Shown: positions 22,080 to 35,583, counted from the first letter of the whole stretch. The stretch is DNA of 63,968 nucleotides, filler included, from Rhabdomonas costata (GCA_019059605.1; 29 parts of 29 records of this genome joined end to end with filler, not necessarily neighbours in it); one strand, 5' to 3'. Numbers and translations: made by a program. Notes: a model not told the origin generated them from the sequence alone.

Positions 22080-24774
22080 AGATGCCGTGGAAACCAACCA
22101 ACCNNNNNNNNNNNNNNNNNNNNNNNNNNNNNNNNNNNNNNNNNNNNTTAATTAATTAANNNNNNNNNNNNNNNNNNNNNNNNNNNNNNNNNNNNNNNNN
22201 NNNGGGGTGGGTGGAAAAGTCTAATCTTTCAAATAAGCAAGGGAGAGAATGACGAGAGAAGGGAGAGAATGACAATACGTTAGCTATGGAAAACGAAACA
22301 CGAAATTGATGATATCGCAGCTCTGCTTATATAATACTAAGAAAGCCGCACATGTGCAATGGAGAAATGTGGAAGTATCTGGAGCCATATCAAGTAGCAT
22401 GATAGAACTAAATGGCCAAAAAGTCCACGGAAGAAATACGATGAGGCTACGTGATGCACCCTCACGTTCCGTATACGAAGCCATAAACGTGCAATCAGGA
22501 TACAATATAACATTGAAACGTGCTTTCATGACAATAACAACCATTCAGTGTCACACCAGAAAATGCCAATGTAAGGAATAACTGTACAAAGATGTTACTA
22601 ATGCAGTGCTTCAGTCCCAAGAGACCACCGCGCGCAAAGTACAGCATTCACAAGGGATGAAACAGAACAAAACACCCAGCAAGCGCAAACATGACTTTAA
22701 ACCATGAAAATTTCCGCTGTATAACTAGATTGGATGGTGTGTCCGAGACCAATTTGAACATGAACTAAAACAAATGCACCTCCGACAGAAATGCCATAAC
22801 ATAAAGAAGGTAAAAAGCTAGTGAGGCAACACCGATGTACCGGAGGAGTGCAGATACCGCGTGCTTTCCGTTCACCCAACCCAACCAAAAGAAAAGCTCG
22901 AAGTGGCGTTCCAACTGGAAAACGACCCCAGCCACCCAAGGAAGGAGTGTGTAGGCGCAGAGACCTAAGCCGCAATGGAGCAATGCAGATGGCCGCCGGA
23001 AGAGAGCAGCTGCGCGACAATGGCCCGGGACACGTGGGGCAGAATGGAGGTTACCAGATGTGAAACGTTCGGCGGCGAGGCGTTTTCGGTTCCCAAGGCA
23101 TTGCTCGCTCCAACGGCACCTCTTGCGAGCACCCATGGCCAACAGCGCTAGCTTCCGTCAGTCCTCAGTTGTTACTAATAACCAGGCAACCAGTCCACCA
23201 GGCAACAGCCAGCGCGCAATGCGCCCAACACACATAGACAAGACACACGCGCTTAGTGGCAATAATTTATCATTGTGGACAATGACAATGTTAAATGAAA
23301 TGATATAGAGCTGGAAGAAATGCAAATGGAGATTTATTTATGTAACAATCAAGTAACTGATTCTTGTTTCATCTTGGTGTTAATCTTAAAATGGTGTGAT
23401 CGGTGACTTCCACGCATGGAGTAGCTTTTTTTGAGATTAATGCGTGATCTGAAATACACAAAACCGCTCAAAAACTCTGGGCATTTCCAAACATGGGCGC
23501 ACAAGCGCGCACAATATTCACTAATACAACAGCTTTGACACAACGGACATGGAAGTTATTACAAAGTCAAGCTCGTATTGACGACTCATACTAAAAAATA
23601 CCCAGAGTTTCACATTGGCCGCAGTAATTGGACATGTGATGGTCCGTGACGCAAAACATAGACGGCGCCATATTGAGCCTGTGTGCCCTACCAATGAAAA
23701 GCTTGGATAATACGGCAGCATGATCTGCTTGTGTAAGCAAATTAACTGGGCAAATAGACCGATGAAGAAATCTTACGAGACTACCTGGGGCACCGTTTCA
23801 TATACAAAGTCATTAACGTGCAACACCGCTTCTAAACAGCGGCTATACTGGATGCATGTACGATAGCATCACTATGGTGTTACCATACCAATGCCATAGC
23901 AAAAATTAAATTTTCACAGAGTTGCAGTGTGTCATGACATACACACTCGCTGCCGGAGGGCGGCGTCCCTGATGCTCCCCGTCGCCGCGGCGCATGTTCC
24001 TGGTACCGGTTTGCATCCACCGCCCAGGGGCCCCGCCCGCCATGAGCGCACCAGCGCCGCCATTCCCATCCCTGCGGACGCCCTGTCCAACCCCAGGTTC
24101 CCGCGCCAGCCTTCGTGACCAGACCGACCACCAGCCAACATAAGGACACACCCGTGCACCCACACCCACACCGGAACAGACACGAAGCTGACGAGGCGAC
24201 CGCCCCGCAGCTTTGCACGCCGAAATGGAGACACGCAGCACCACACACCCGCCACCACCACACAACACGCATTCACCCTTCCACCCTGCATGCCGGAAGA
24301 ATTTTCCGTCACAAACCCCCCCNNNNNNNNNNNNNNNNNNNNNNNNNNNNNNNNNNNNNNNNNNNNTTAATTAATTAANNNNNNNNNNNNNNNNNNNNNN
24401 NNNNNNNNNNNNNNNNNNNNNNTGTTGTTGTTGCAAGGCGCCCGGGTGCCAAAGCTGACATATTAATTTCAAAAAAGTCCTTCCAAATTGAAAACATAAA
24501 TAGCCCCCCACACACGGGATGTTGTTGCGACTGGGTTCGATAAGAGGCAGCTGGTTGTGGTGTTTGGTTTGGAAACAAATCGCGAAAAGACGGTGTGTGT
24601 GTGTGTGTGTGTGTTGGGGGCGTTCCGAGTAAGCCCATCGCAACATTGCAACACCAAAAACCACTGCACACTGGCTTCCCACCCACCCATTATGCGCAGG
24701 GCTGGGCTGGGTCCGCCATTCTCGGAGTTCGGAGTAATCATGCCATCATTTTTCATACTGCTTTTGCCCCAAAC

Positions 24775-25750
24775 CTGAGGCGTTGGCCTCGGGAAACCCA
24801 GGGTCATCAAGCCACAGCCGGCCCTGGATGGCCGACACGTTGAGCACCACTTGGGTGGCGATGCGCACCAGGCGTGCCGCGGAGAGCTTGCGGGGCGCTA
24901 CCAAAAAACACAAAGCAAGGCAGAAGGAATCCCCACCACCCTCAAATCCCATTGCTGAAAAAATGAACTCCTGTGCACAGACAGGTGACCAATGGGTCCG
25001 GGTGGGGGGGATCAGTTCCACAGTTGCGTTTTGAGTGCGCAGGGATCACAACCGAAAACCAAATTACTGTGCACACGTGCTACCTTTCCCGAATTACCTC
25101 ACACCCCAGCCCCACTACTGTCGCATCTGCTGATGCCTTCCCTTGGAACGGGCTCCTCACCAACTGCCTCCTCAGGATACACAACTGGCCCGGCGGATTC
25201 TCAGATTTCCTGGGCAGCGAGTTTGGAGATTAATTCGTAATGCCCCCCTCAACTTTCGCGACGGTTTCCACCTCACCGGCGGAGGGCCACTGGCTGCGGA
25301 GTAGGGTGGTTGCTCTGAACCCATCTTCGGCATCTAATCTCAGGGCGGAGGGCGGAGTCTCCGTGCAAGCATTCTTTTTCTCTTTACGAAGTGTCCTCAG
25401 ACAAAACTGTATATTCGGCTCAGCACCCACCCACCCCTTCCCGAAAGTCACCACCTGAACAACACCAACCTCCTCCTTTACGCCATGCAATTGACAATAG
25501 GCTTCGTTTCCTCTGCAGCGCCTGCAATTGATTGAAGAAATTGGGCCGCACACCTCCGGGGCCACAGAGCAGGTGCTCATCTTCAGGGGGCAAGGCCATG
25601 GCCAGCTCCGGGGTGTGGCACAGCCCACACCGCAGGAAGGCGTGGTCCAGGCAGCGCCCCGGCCACACAGAGTCCTCACAGCCGAGATGTTCCAGGGTCG
25701 CCCCGTGGGAGGGTCGAAGCATGTGATAGCATCGTCGCACAGAGCCCTCG
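24775..25750 (-). CDS. Unknown protein, three internal exons
   Basis: GT-AG exons 25750-25554, 25333-25277 and 24897-24775 join in consistent phase with no stops (...GRCLDHAFLRCGLC...DGFRATTLLRSQWP...ARLVRIATQVVLNV...LWLDDPGFP). Confidence 0.55.
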
Positions 25751-27245
25751 CTGGCCCAAAACAAAGGGATGAGCCAAACGAAGACAAGCAAACACTTCAT
25801 TCCGAGTGAGGATATCGAGAGGCAAGGCACAGAAGCCTGACGAAGCCCGAGAGGGGTGGTAGCAGCTCAATAAGCAAAAACCGCAGCAAACAGATAAAAT
25901 TATTGCATTTCACTCAGTGGCACAACCAATGCCCAGTGATATTCGTTATGCAGGCATCTTCTGGTCCCTGGATTACGCAGTCAGGTGTTCTTTCAGTATT
26001 TGGGAAGCCCCCAGGAATGCTCCAGACATGCCAGAGCATCAGAGTATGCACGAACTTGAGCGGAGCAACGGAGCCCAAGCAAATGACTCTTAAAACGGGT
26101 AAGCGCCGACTCAACAGCAAGCTTTGCCACAAAATCTTAGCTCGTCAACCTCAGATAGGTAAGTTCATAACTCACTGCGCAAAGCCGATTCGCAAACGGG
26201 GCCGTCTAAAGAATTTAGAAGGCTTTCAAGATTCCAGGGAGAGGGAGGAGAGCTTTTGCTACACAGCTGCCTCTTTGTTGGGTCCTTGCCGGACACATCC
26301 TACACACCTTAACACCAGCCACAGCACCAGTTGTTCCACCTTTAATCCTATGTGTGGGCATGTGCTTGTCCCTGCCTTTCCCTGTCCTAGTGCCCCGAGC
26401 CAAGCCAACGTCTCATGCCCTAAGCAAACCACAAGACCAATAAGTTGCAGCACCGCAAATCATTAGCAAGAAACCAATCGCTTTCATTAATATTTTCATT
26501 CCGCCACGGCACACCCAATGAACTGAAGAGCTCACACACANNNNNNNNNNNNNNNNNNNNNNNNNNNNNNNNNNNNNNNNNNNNTTAATTAATTAANNNN
26601 NNNNNNNNNNNNNNNNNNNNNNNNNNNNNNNNNNNNNNNNGTGGGGTGTGGAGAAATGAGACGCGTGCGTTGGTCGAATTGCTCGCTGCCTTGCTGTGTG
26701 TTGGAGGCTGCTCCATTGGTGCTCGGGTCTCTGAGGCTTTTTGGTGTGACTCTCTGTGCGTGCGGTTAGCGCATGGGGGCGGGGCTAATGCGCTAACTAC
26801 TTCCCCATCGAATAATCCCTTGTCTTCTCAACGGATCAGGTTCACATGTGCCCCACGTGTAACGCAAACCTTTGTTTATAGCCATCGGGTGCTCCTGAGT
26901 TGTCACGGGGTATCGCCTCATGAGTGAGCGTAAGTGAGTGTGTTGTATATGGGAAGCTGCGTACGTGTTTGAAGGGGGGAAACCACACAGGGCGTTTGAA
27001 GGCCAAGCAAAGCGTGCGATGGTCTGCAGCTCCCTATTCTACGTGTAAACTGGAGCTGTGCGGAGCTGCTGGGACATGCGAAGCTCACCTTTCACACCCT
27101 TTATTGGAAAACTGGCTGCAGGAAGCGGCGGGCGGTGTGCTGTACTTGCACCCGAATTGCTGACACAACAACCCCCGCGTGTCACTGAAGAGCTCGAAAG
27201 GAACAGAAAGGAAAAGTAGAAAACAAGGCGGGGGGGGGGTCGGAC

Positions 27246-28391
27246 CGACGCTCATCACCGCAGTGACCACACTGGACTGCCCCGAGCTGAGCCGCACACT
27301 GACCAGCTGTGGAGCAGCGCCCACCGTGTAGAAAGAAAGTCTTCCGAGGATCCCCACACACAAAAAAAGCAGTCACCTTTGGAACGAACACAGGATATTA
27401 TGGTGTTCGTTCCAAAGGTGACTGCTTTTTTGTTTTTTTGGAAACATGGCAATAACTTTCGGGGATACTGCACGTACCCTGCACATCTGTCCACTGTGGC
27501 CACACCTCAGACGAATTAAATTGTTGATAATTTATTAAGCATTGCAGGTAATAAAAGTACGTTACACCGTAATCTCAGAACCACAGAATTCTTGTTTTTT
27601 CTACACGTTTATGCTCCCCAAGCAGAAAAACTTACCCATGTGAGTAACAAACGCGCATGCGTGATGTGGCAGCATTCCCGCTGGGTGCAAAAATCGAAAT
27701 ATTTCTCGCGCATGCGGCGCGAAGCAACACAAAACAAGACCTTTCCTTGATGTGGGTGCGAGCCAAGATGGCAGAGGGAGTCGCGGACCACAAAAACATG
27801 CTGCTAAAGACGATGATCATTATATAGGTTCTGACGACTCCAAGTTGAAGTACTTCACATACGTTCCTCCGAGTTTCGTGGTGTAACTATTGTTATTAAT
27901 TAATTACAACTACTCCCTAACTGTTTGCCGCACTTTGGTGCTCTGTGCCGAAGCCCCCAAATGTTCATTTCTGGAACGCGGTTGCGCCTCCCCTACAATA
28001 ACACTGTCAAATTCAAATGGCAAATTCCAGAATGGGGCAATTCCAAAAATCCTCAAAACACGAAAACGTTTAGCAATGTCAAACGTAAACCAGTGCTATA
28101 CTTTAATGCACCCCCCCCCCCCCCAAGTACAATTGCTGAGATGCTGAAGACAACCAGAGGGGGTGCACGACTGCGCCCCCGCACGAACCAAGAACGAGGA
28201 CAGCCCTGTGGTGACCGCATTGGTCGCGGTAGTGCCCAGGAAATATGCGGCCATGAGGTACACCCCAGGCCGTCCGGGCTGCCTCCACAGCAGCGCGAAC
28301 CCAGAAGCAATGTCCTGAAAGAACCCCAGCATAGACACGCGGCTGGCCTGAGACGGCCGTCCCCCTGAGGGAGCGTCTCCGGGTTCAAGAC
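27246..28391 (-). CDS. Major facilitator superfamily-like transporter, partial
   Basis: Exons 28391-28189 and 27306-27246 give a cytosolic loop, then DIASGFALLWRQ...VYLMAAYFLGTTATNAVTTGLSSFLLVSVRLSSGQSSVVTAVMSV, which resembles MFS TM7-TM8. Confidence 0.55.
27363..27431. repeat. Perfect 29-bp inverted repeat with an 11-nt loop, intronic
   Basis: AAAAAAGCAGTCACCTTTGGAACGAACAC (27363-27391) is the exact reverse complement of 27403-27431. Confidence 0.95.
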
Positions 28392-28877
28392 CTGTGACAC
28401 GGAAAAGGAGGAGAGTTCACCACTGCGTGTGGGCCTCGGGTGTGGAAAGAGATGCCTTCGTAGAAGGGGAGGAAAAACAAGCCTCTGAATTCATTTCGTT
28501 TCCAGGTGCGATTTCGGGTGCCAAATGAGCCGAGCGTTTCCAAAGCTACCAGGAAGAACCAAGGGAGCCCAACTTTACAGCGTACTTCCACAGTCTTTGC
28601 CGTAGAGACCGTGTCTGCTTTTGGGGCTATCGCTTGTCATTTGGCGGGTACTACTTAGCGTCAAAATTTTCCACCAACCACGATGAAACGAAACCATGAC
28701 CGCATGACGCGCTGAAAACTATTCCTCAGTGCCATATAACCAACATTTCCACACCCCCNNNNNNNNNNNNNNNNNNNNNNNNNNNNNNNNNNNNNNNNNN
28801 NNTTAATTAATTAANNNNNNNNNNNNNNNNNNNNNNNNNNNNNNNNNNNNNNNNNNNNGTGGTTGTGGGGTTCTCCA

Positions 28878-28981
28878 CAGGACAGGTTCTTTTAGAAGCA
28901 GGGGGTTAGGTATACTTTGCCAGGTTCCCCAGGACAGGTTCTATTAGAAGCAGGGGGTTTGGCTAACTTTGCCAGGTTCCC
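28878..28981. repeat. 52-bp tandem duplication, 2 copies
   Basis: CAGGACAGGTTCTWTTAGAAGCAGGGGGTT...ACTTTGCCAGGTTCCC starts at 28878 and again at 28930. Confidence 0.9.
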
Positions 28982-29086
28982 CCACTAACGGACTGTTTTT
29001 TTATCTTGGGCAGCAGAGCGCAGCGAAGCGAAGCTGTGCTCCGCGTTCCTGGGTGTGGGGTTAGGAAGCGATGCACTCCCATCTAC

Positions 29087-29902
29087 CTTTCCCGAGTCTT
29101 CGGCGTTGTACGGTGCTGAGCGGACAAATGAGACGGTCGCCGCGCGCTTTGTCTCTCGGTTACCCATCACAAGGCAGGCCTCTCCTGAAAAACAAACAAA
29201 CAGAATTGCACAGCTGAGAGTCATTCAAATGAGCAAGACACACTCATTGACAGCAACCCTCAATGGAAAGCCCATCCTTCATCTGTTGTTCAATCTCGAA
29301 TCATCACTCATTATTTCTTTTAATTATCTTGGAACGAAGGTCCCATTACAGAAAAAATGAGAAGAGAAAACCAACCACCTCGCTCTCCCTCACACAAGAC
29401 GCGCCTCGACTTCCAGGTATCTCCAGCTTCTCGAGAGGTACTAAATAAATCTCCTTCTCGTCACCCTTTGCATACCCCCCACCCATAAACCAGTCAACGT
29501 CTGCACGAATGTGGATGGAAAGTCACCGCTAAAGGGAAGTTTAAATCCGTTCGTCAGTCCCAACCGAACCAGCCCGAAACTTCCTTTTCAACAATTGCCA
29601 CAACACAGGTATTGCGGGAGTGAGTGGACCCCAAAACTGAAAAAAGCCGCCCACCTCGTGACTGATTGTGAAGTACCACCGAGTATTCTCTGCAAGCCGA
29701 AGCTCGGTGACATTCTCCAGATCAGCCTTGAGCAATACGTCAAGCTTCACCTGATTTCGCATCCACCCACACCCCACCGCGCAGCAATGGTGAAACTGGA
29801 AACTAAAAAACTAGGCACAAGGAAGGGTTCGCCACCGCTCAAGAAAATCAAGCAGGCAAAAAAAAATAACGCAAGACGCTTACAGTGGCAACGACCTACC
29901 AT
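29087..29902 (-). CDS. CZIB: CZIB / UPF0587 / DUF866 family protein, N-terminal half
   Basis: Exons 29902-29900 (ATG), 29750-29655, 29465-29405 and 29184-29087 give MVKLDVLLKADLENVTELRLAENTRWYFTISHEGDEKEIYLVPLEKLEIPGSRGEACLVMGNRETKRAATVSFVRSAPYNAEDSGK. This matches the family motifs LKAxLENVT, RWY, GSRGxA and PYNAED. Confidence 0.85.
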
Positions 29903-32900
29903 TTGCGGTGGCCCAACAGACGCAGGCCACGCTCTCCACCACCAACCACAAGACACAGAAGTGCAGCCGCACTGAGAGCTCACCCCTCACAAGCCAAGAT
30001 GCGAAAAAATTCAATCCTGTAAAGGCGAAACAACAAATGCGAAACTGTGCAGGACTTGCACTATATCGGGAAGTATGAAGAACGCGCAAATATTGCTCGC
30101 AAATCCATATTCATTCAAGGTTTCCTGGAGCTGCATGGGGCCCTTCTACCACACCTGAGCAACACTGCACTCCAAAATAGGATACCACTGGGCAGCCTGT
30201 AGCCACCAACTCCAAGTATGTAATGGCAGCATTCATGGACACCGAATACACATGAGGCAATCGCAACAGTTCCAAACGAAACATTGCACGGGTTCTCTTT
30301 GGCGAAGATTCTCAAAGGAGCCGTCCCTGCGTTGCCACCGCACTGAGAACGAAGGTGTGAGCACGCAGCTTGCGACCCTTCGCGCTCATTACACGCTCTC
30401 AGACCAATTTGACCATGCAAACCAACGCTGCCTATATGCCATTTCAAGAACCAATTTGTCCATACCGAAGCTCTCGGCAAACCCAAACATGTGGTCCACG
30501 TCGCGTCAAAAGGGTACTAAATCACCCATCGGAATTGGAAAATAATGCAGCAAAAAATGTAAAACACAGAGATGTTTCTGCCCCTGATAATTTACCTCTT
30601 TGGGTGACACGAGCCATAAAGAGAGTCACAGCTAGGCTTGCATGGAGCAGATCACATTTCAACAGCACAGCCCTCATCAAGTGCCATTTTGGAGAGATTT
30701 TTTTTTTGAAAAATTCGGCAAGAGCATGCCCCCTTTGAGTTAATCTTCTGGTCACACCAGAAATCAGCCAGCATCCAATCACGTCCGTCACGCGCGCATC
30801 CACTGCAACACATTTTTCAGTCACGAACAAACAGGCAACACGGGGAAAATGTCAGCACCAAGAAAGGGTTCACACCTCTCTGGAGGGGATGACGAAGCGG
30901 TCACCACTGTACACAGCACCGCCTGCCAGTTTCATGCGTCGGACTTGTTGTACGGAGGTTTTAACCACACAANNNNNNNNNNNNNNNNNNNNNNNNNNNN
31001 NNNNNNNNNNNNNNNNTTAATTAATTAANNNNNNNNNNNNNNNNNNNNNNNNNNNNNNNNNNNNNNNNNNNNGTGGGTTGGTACTCGCGCTTTTCATTCT
31101 ATACGGAACATTTCTACTGACTGTTTTCCGTCCTAGCGCCGTGGGCGCGATTGTTTGCCAAATTGGTTTCCGATGCCCTCAAAAGACCTTGCCACATCCT
31201 CTGGGTGCGGGATTCAAATATGCTGCCTCGTCCGTTTCCAGCACATGTGACACCGTCGGCCAGTCGGATGTGTAATGCATTCTACAGGTCGAAGTGGATG
31301 CGTTTAACTACGTAAGTGGAGACCTGCGACTTTCGCCACAACAGCAAATCTTTTTTCGCTGAGATTGGTATGGGAATTTAGGACCTAAGAGGATGATTTG
31401 GGGAGTGGTGACCCGAAAAAAGAGTAACAATCAAAATATAATTTGGTTTCAGGACAAATCAACCCAAACACATATTTATAACTCACAAGAAATATAAAAG
31501 AAAACCCAATTTTCTTGTGGTTTTGCCTCGTGATTCTCCTTTTCTCTAGATCATTAGTGCACGGAATGGCCTTGGAAAAGACGAGGTCGAAGGCAACAAA
31601 CGGGTGACAATCACAAGAGTGCTGAGCGTACCACAGAGCGCGAAGGCAAGCAACATCAGAGCCAAAGATTAAAATGGAACCACTTTGACATTGAAATTCC
31701 CGCGCCGGTACCACCACAACCCAGTGGACCTGAATCCTTTGCCCAAAGTGGCTTAGCATTCCATACCTAAAACACCTTGCGCCTAACTAGCTTGTTGCGG
31801 CCATTTTTTCCATGCTTGCATTTTGCTCACTAATGCTCGCCAGGAATGAAGAGCGTGCTTTATACCGATCATTTGTTGAGGATTGGACCGAGCAGCGGTC
31901 CACATACCTCAATATTAGTTTCCGGGTTTCCGGGCGGAGCAGCCATTCCGGTAGCCAGTTACCGTGCCGTTTCGTTACAGGAGATTGGTGTGGGGAATGA
32001 ACAAATACCTACGGTCATACTAACCCAGAACGTTGGGTGGACGACGTACACGGCCTTCAGATTCCTCTTGTACCTGCAGGCGCGTATGCAAGGCTTCCAG
32101 ACACCACCCCCGTTTTCTTGTTCTCCACCTCACAGTTCTGTGACTGTAAGTGCGCAACTGCATGACACGATCGCAATCAAGATGTGGACAAAAAGATGTG
32201 AGCACATGAATATGTCGTGAATGTCATGACAAAGGGAACCCCGAGGATATTAGAAAAGTGATGGTAACGTGCCTCGAGCAACTTCCGGAATAAAAAGGAG
32301 ACGCTCAGGATGGTTTTTACTGAACTGGTTGCTTCCACTTCTCGAGAAAGCACTGTCAAGGTGGGTCTCGAGATGAACATGAAGAAGACTCCTGTGGATT
32401 AGTCGCGCACAGTGCGCGGATTGAGCGCTGTAGAGACCGTAAAGGTCGCTCAGACGCAGAAACCCAGTGCTGGATTCAAAGTGATTGTCGTGCAAGTTGG
32501 ATCTATCTGAGCAGGATGCAAACTCGCGCCACCAGTTATTGAGACGTGCGTTGAGCCTCGAACACAATCAAGCTGCACTCCTCCTTATTCGGATGTGACG
32601 CTTGGCTTGCCGTGATGTTCACCTGATCCGGTCCATCCAGTGGATGAAATTGTCAAGCTGTTCCAACAGATAGACCACGAAACCACGGCAATGTGCGAAA
32701 TGTTTTACGTTCACATATGCCACTAAGATGCAGGTCACGCTCCAACTCAAGCATCGAGTACTGGCCATCCAAATAGCTGTGGCTGTGCAAACGGTATGAC
32801 TCCGATTTCACTCCTTCCGTATTCTCCTCCTGTGGTGAAAACGAAGTGGTGTCGTCCACCACTTGAAGATTCTAACACGTAATCTTCCAATTGGCGGCAT

Positions 32901-33290
32901 ACAGGTTTCGTGAACACTTTGTATGATGGTAAAAGGTGGGCTTCCACGCAGGCACAATTTTGTTGTGTGGAAACTCGCACGCTTCTGCAAGTTGAACGTA
33001 CTCATCTCAGTCACCGACCTCGCCATTGCGTGGTTCTAGTCTAACTACAGCGCTGAAACTACAGCCTTCGATGTCTCCATAATGCACCCGTTGGCTCCGA
33101 GTATCTGGCTGGAAGCCAAAGCCGCTAAGTTCGCGTTGCGCAGCAAGGCCCGTGCCTGTAGCTGAGTGCAAGTAGAACCTCACCCAAACCNNNNNNNNNN
33201 NNNNNNNNNNNNNNNNNNNNNNNNNNNNNNNNNNTTAATTAATTAANNNNNNNNNNNNNNNNNNNNNNNNNNNNNNNNNNNNNNNNNNNN

Positions 33291-35350
33291 GTTTTGTGGT
33301 CACTGCCTGTACTGGGGTGCTACGGTGGTTCGAAAGCCAGGTCTGCGTGGAAGACGACTCCTCCACGTTGCGACGTCAGAAGCTCACCATGGGCATCGTC
33401 CTGTGCTCCCTGTTCGCGTGCCCCATCTTTGTTGGAGTTCTAGGATGGTGGCAGGGGTTCACCCTTACCTCAGCCTCGGTGGCCTCGATCGGGTACTTTC
33501 TGGGAGGGCTGCCCGTGGCTGGGGCCCTGCTCGCCGTTCTGGTCCGCACCAAATCGCTGAGAGGGATCCGGGCGGTGTTTCTGGGGGGCCAGCTTGCGGG
33601 AGTGCCGGTGTTCCTGGCCTTGAACGGGGGATTTGAGTACGGCTCCTTGGTGGGTATCCAAGTGGTCTTAAACGTTGTGATGGCGTTTTTGCTGTACGAG
33701 AACTTCGTCGTGCCCATCGTGTGCTTCTCTGTGTCGTCAGTCACGATGGCTGGGTGGGCCGTGTACGAGGCCACCATGGGCCTTCCCATTCCCTACGTGT
33801 ACGACCGGCCGGCTCTTGTCCTTGAGCACGCCGCGGTGTGCGAGGTCGTCGTTTTTTTTGTGCTGGTGGCTCTGTGGTACATGCGGTACGCCCTGCGGCA
33901 AGAGATCCTGGAGCACATCGCCGAGAAAGCCCGAGCGGTGGCTCTGGCGGAGGCCCGAGCCGAGTTTGTGGCTCGGATGTCCCACGAGATCCGCTCTCCG
34001 GTGAGCTAGATTTGTCTTTCGTGTCGCTCTGTTTCACGTTTTACGACTGAGGATGCGGGTTTGACCAGAAAAGTGCTCCCTTGTGTGTTCGTTTGATTTT
34101 CTAATGCCGCGCCTCTTATTTTGTGCTATTTCCCCGCGAAACCCCCACACTCCCCTTAACCACAACAACTTTTTCTCCCACGACGGCATGCTTGCGTAGT
34201 TGATGACGGTCTGCACTTGAGCAAAGGAAAGATTTCTTTCTTTCAGCTCACGGGGATCATTGGGCTGACGGAGCTGCTGGCGCTGACCCCGCAGAACGGC
34301 ACGCAGCGGCAGTACACTGGCTCGATAGGGCTGTGCGGGCGCGCCCTGCTGAGCGTGGTCAACGACGTCCTGACCTTCGCGAAGCTGGAGGCCAGCAAGG
34401 TCAGCCTGGAGAGTCACTGGTTTGACCTGCGGCAGTGCGTGGAGGGCGCTGTGGCGGTACTGCGGAGCGGGCTGTGTTCCAGCGCGGTGGAAGTGGTGGT
34501 CGAGCTGCCGCGGGCCATTCCACACACCGTGATGGGGGACGAGACGCGGGTCACCCAAGTGCTAATCAAGTGTGCTGTGCGTTTCGGACTAGTTCCCGTG
34601 CAGGTGCCTTGCAGTGTGTTTTCGTCGCTGTTTTTTTGTTTTATCGTTTAGGTTTTTGCGATACTAGCGGATCATCTGGGGAGGACAGAAGACATTCTCA
34701 TCAGTAGTTTTGTCCACGCACCATTGGTTTTCTTTGGCCTTAATCCTCTCACGCTGGCCAATGACCAAGCTGATGCGTCACCCTCATTGGTTGTTCCATG
34801 CATTTCTTTTGCCTTCCAAACAGCCTGCTCAACAACGCCAAGAAGTTACCCGAGAGGGGCTGATTACCCTTGAGGTGGAGTACGTGTGTCGCTCGACGAG
34901 GTCCCCCGCAGGCACGGCCATCTTCCCTCACGCCCACGCCGAGGGTCCGGAGGCGGACACGGAGCTGGGCGTCGTCCCTTCCACCTCCGCCACCACTCAG
35001 CTGGTCTCCTCCGAGTCTGTGAGCGTGGGCATGGATCAGAGCCTGGTGTTCCACGTTCGGGACACTGGGATAGGTCTCACTACGTCGCAGAAGAGGAAGC
35101 TCTTCCAGCCCTTCACCCAGGCCGACGTCTCGACGACGCGGAAGTTCGGGGGCACGGGGCTGGGTTTGTGCATCTGCAAGCAGCTTTCAGAGCTGTGGCA
35201 AGGGGAGGTCCATGTGGAGAGTGAGGGCTTGGGCCGGGGCAGCCACTTCTGGTACACCCTTCCCCTGCGCCCCCCGCCGCCGGCCTCTTCGCGGCAGGCC
35301 GTTGTCTTGCCCAAATTGGTGGCGGTTGTGGATGGGCTGCAGGCCCGGGC
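33291..35350 (+). CDS. Multi-pass membrane sensor histidine kinase (probably hybrid type) with one frameshift
   Basis: Exons 33291-34000, 34247-34569 and 34824-~35350. About 5-6 hydrophobic helices precede the H-box FVARMSHEIRSP|LTGIIG, N-box GDETRVTQVLIN|LLNNAKK(F)T, G1 VRDTGIG, F-box LFQPFTQAD and G2 FGGTGLGL. One base is missing at 34847/34848. Confidence 0.92.
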
Positions 35351-35583
35351 GAGGGCAATGAGGGAGCTGTTTTCGCAAAAGCCTAAACGATAAAACAAAA
35401 ACCCNNNNNNNNNNNNNNNNNNNNNNNNNNNNNNNNNNNNNNNNNNNNTTAATTAATTAANNNNNNNNNNNNNNNNNNNNNNNNNNNNNNNNNNNNNNNN
35501 NNNNGTGTGGAGAAATAGTGTCGGATTCCCTTCCAGATGGGCTGTTAAAGATCGGCTTTCGTTGTGTGTTGTGTTGGGTTCAG

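Noticed and set aside
22204-24322. Coding content in contig 11, and similarly in contig 25 (53241-55361)
   Set aside because: Only short GC-rich patches are present, with no consistent exon chain or recognisable motif.
24700-25210. In-frame TGA codons suggesting UGA read-through or an alternative genetic code
   Set aside because: These TGAs fall in introns once the three exons are spliced. Intact genes use TGG for Trp and end in TAG or TGA.
32200-33030. Overlapping minus-strand ORFs in contig 15 as a gene
   Set aside because: No family motif, consistent frame or splice pattern. It may be a decayed gene but this cannot be supported.
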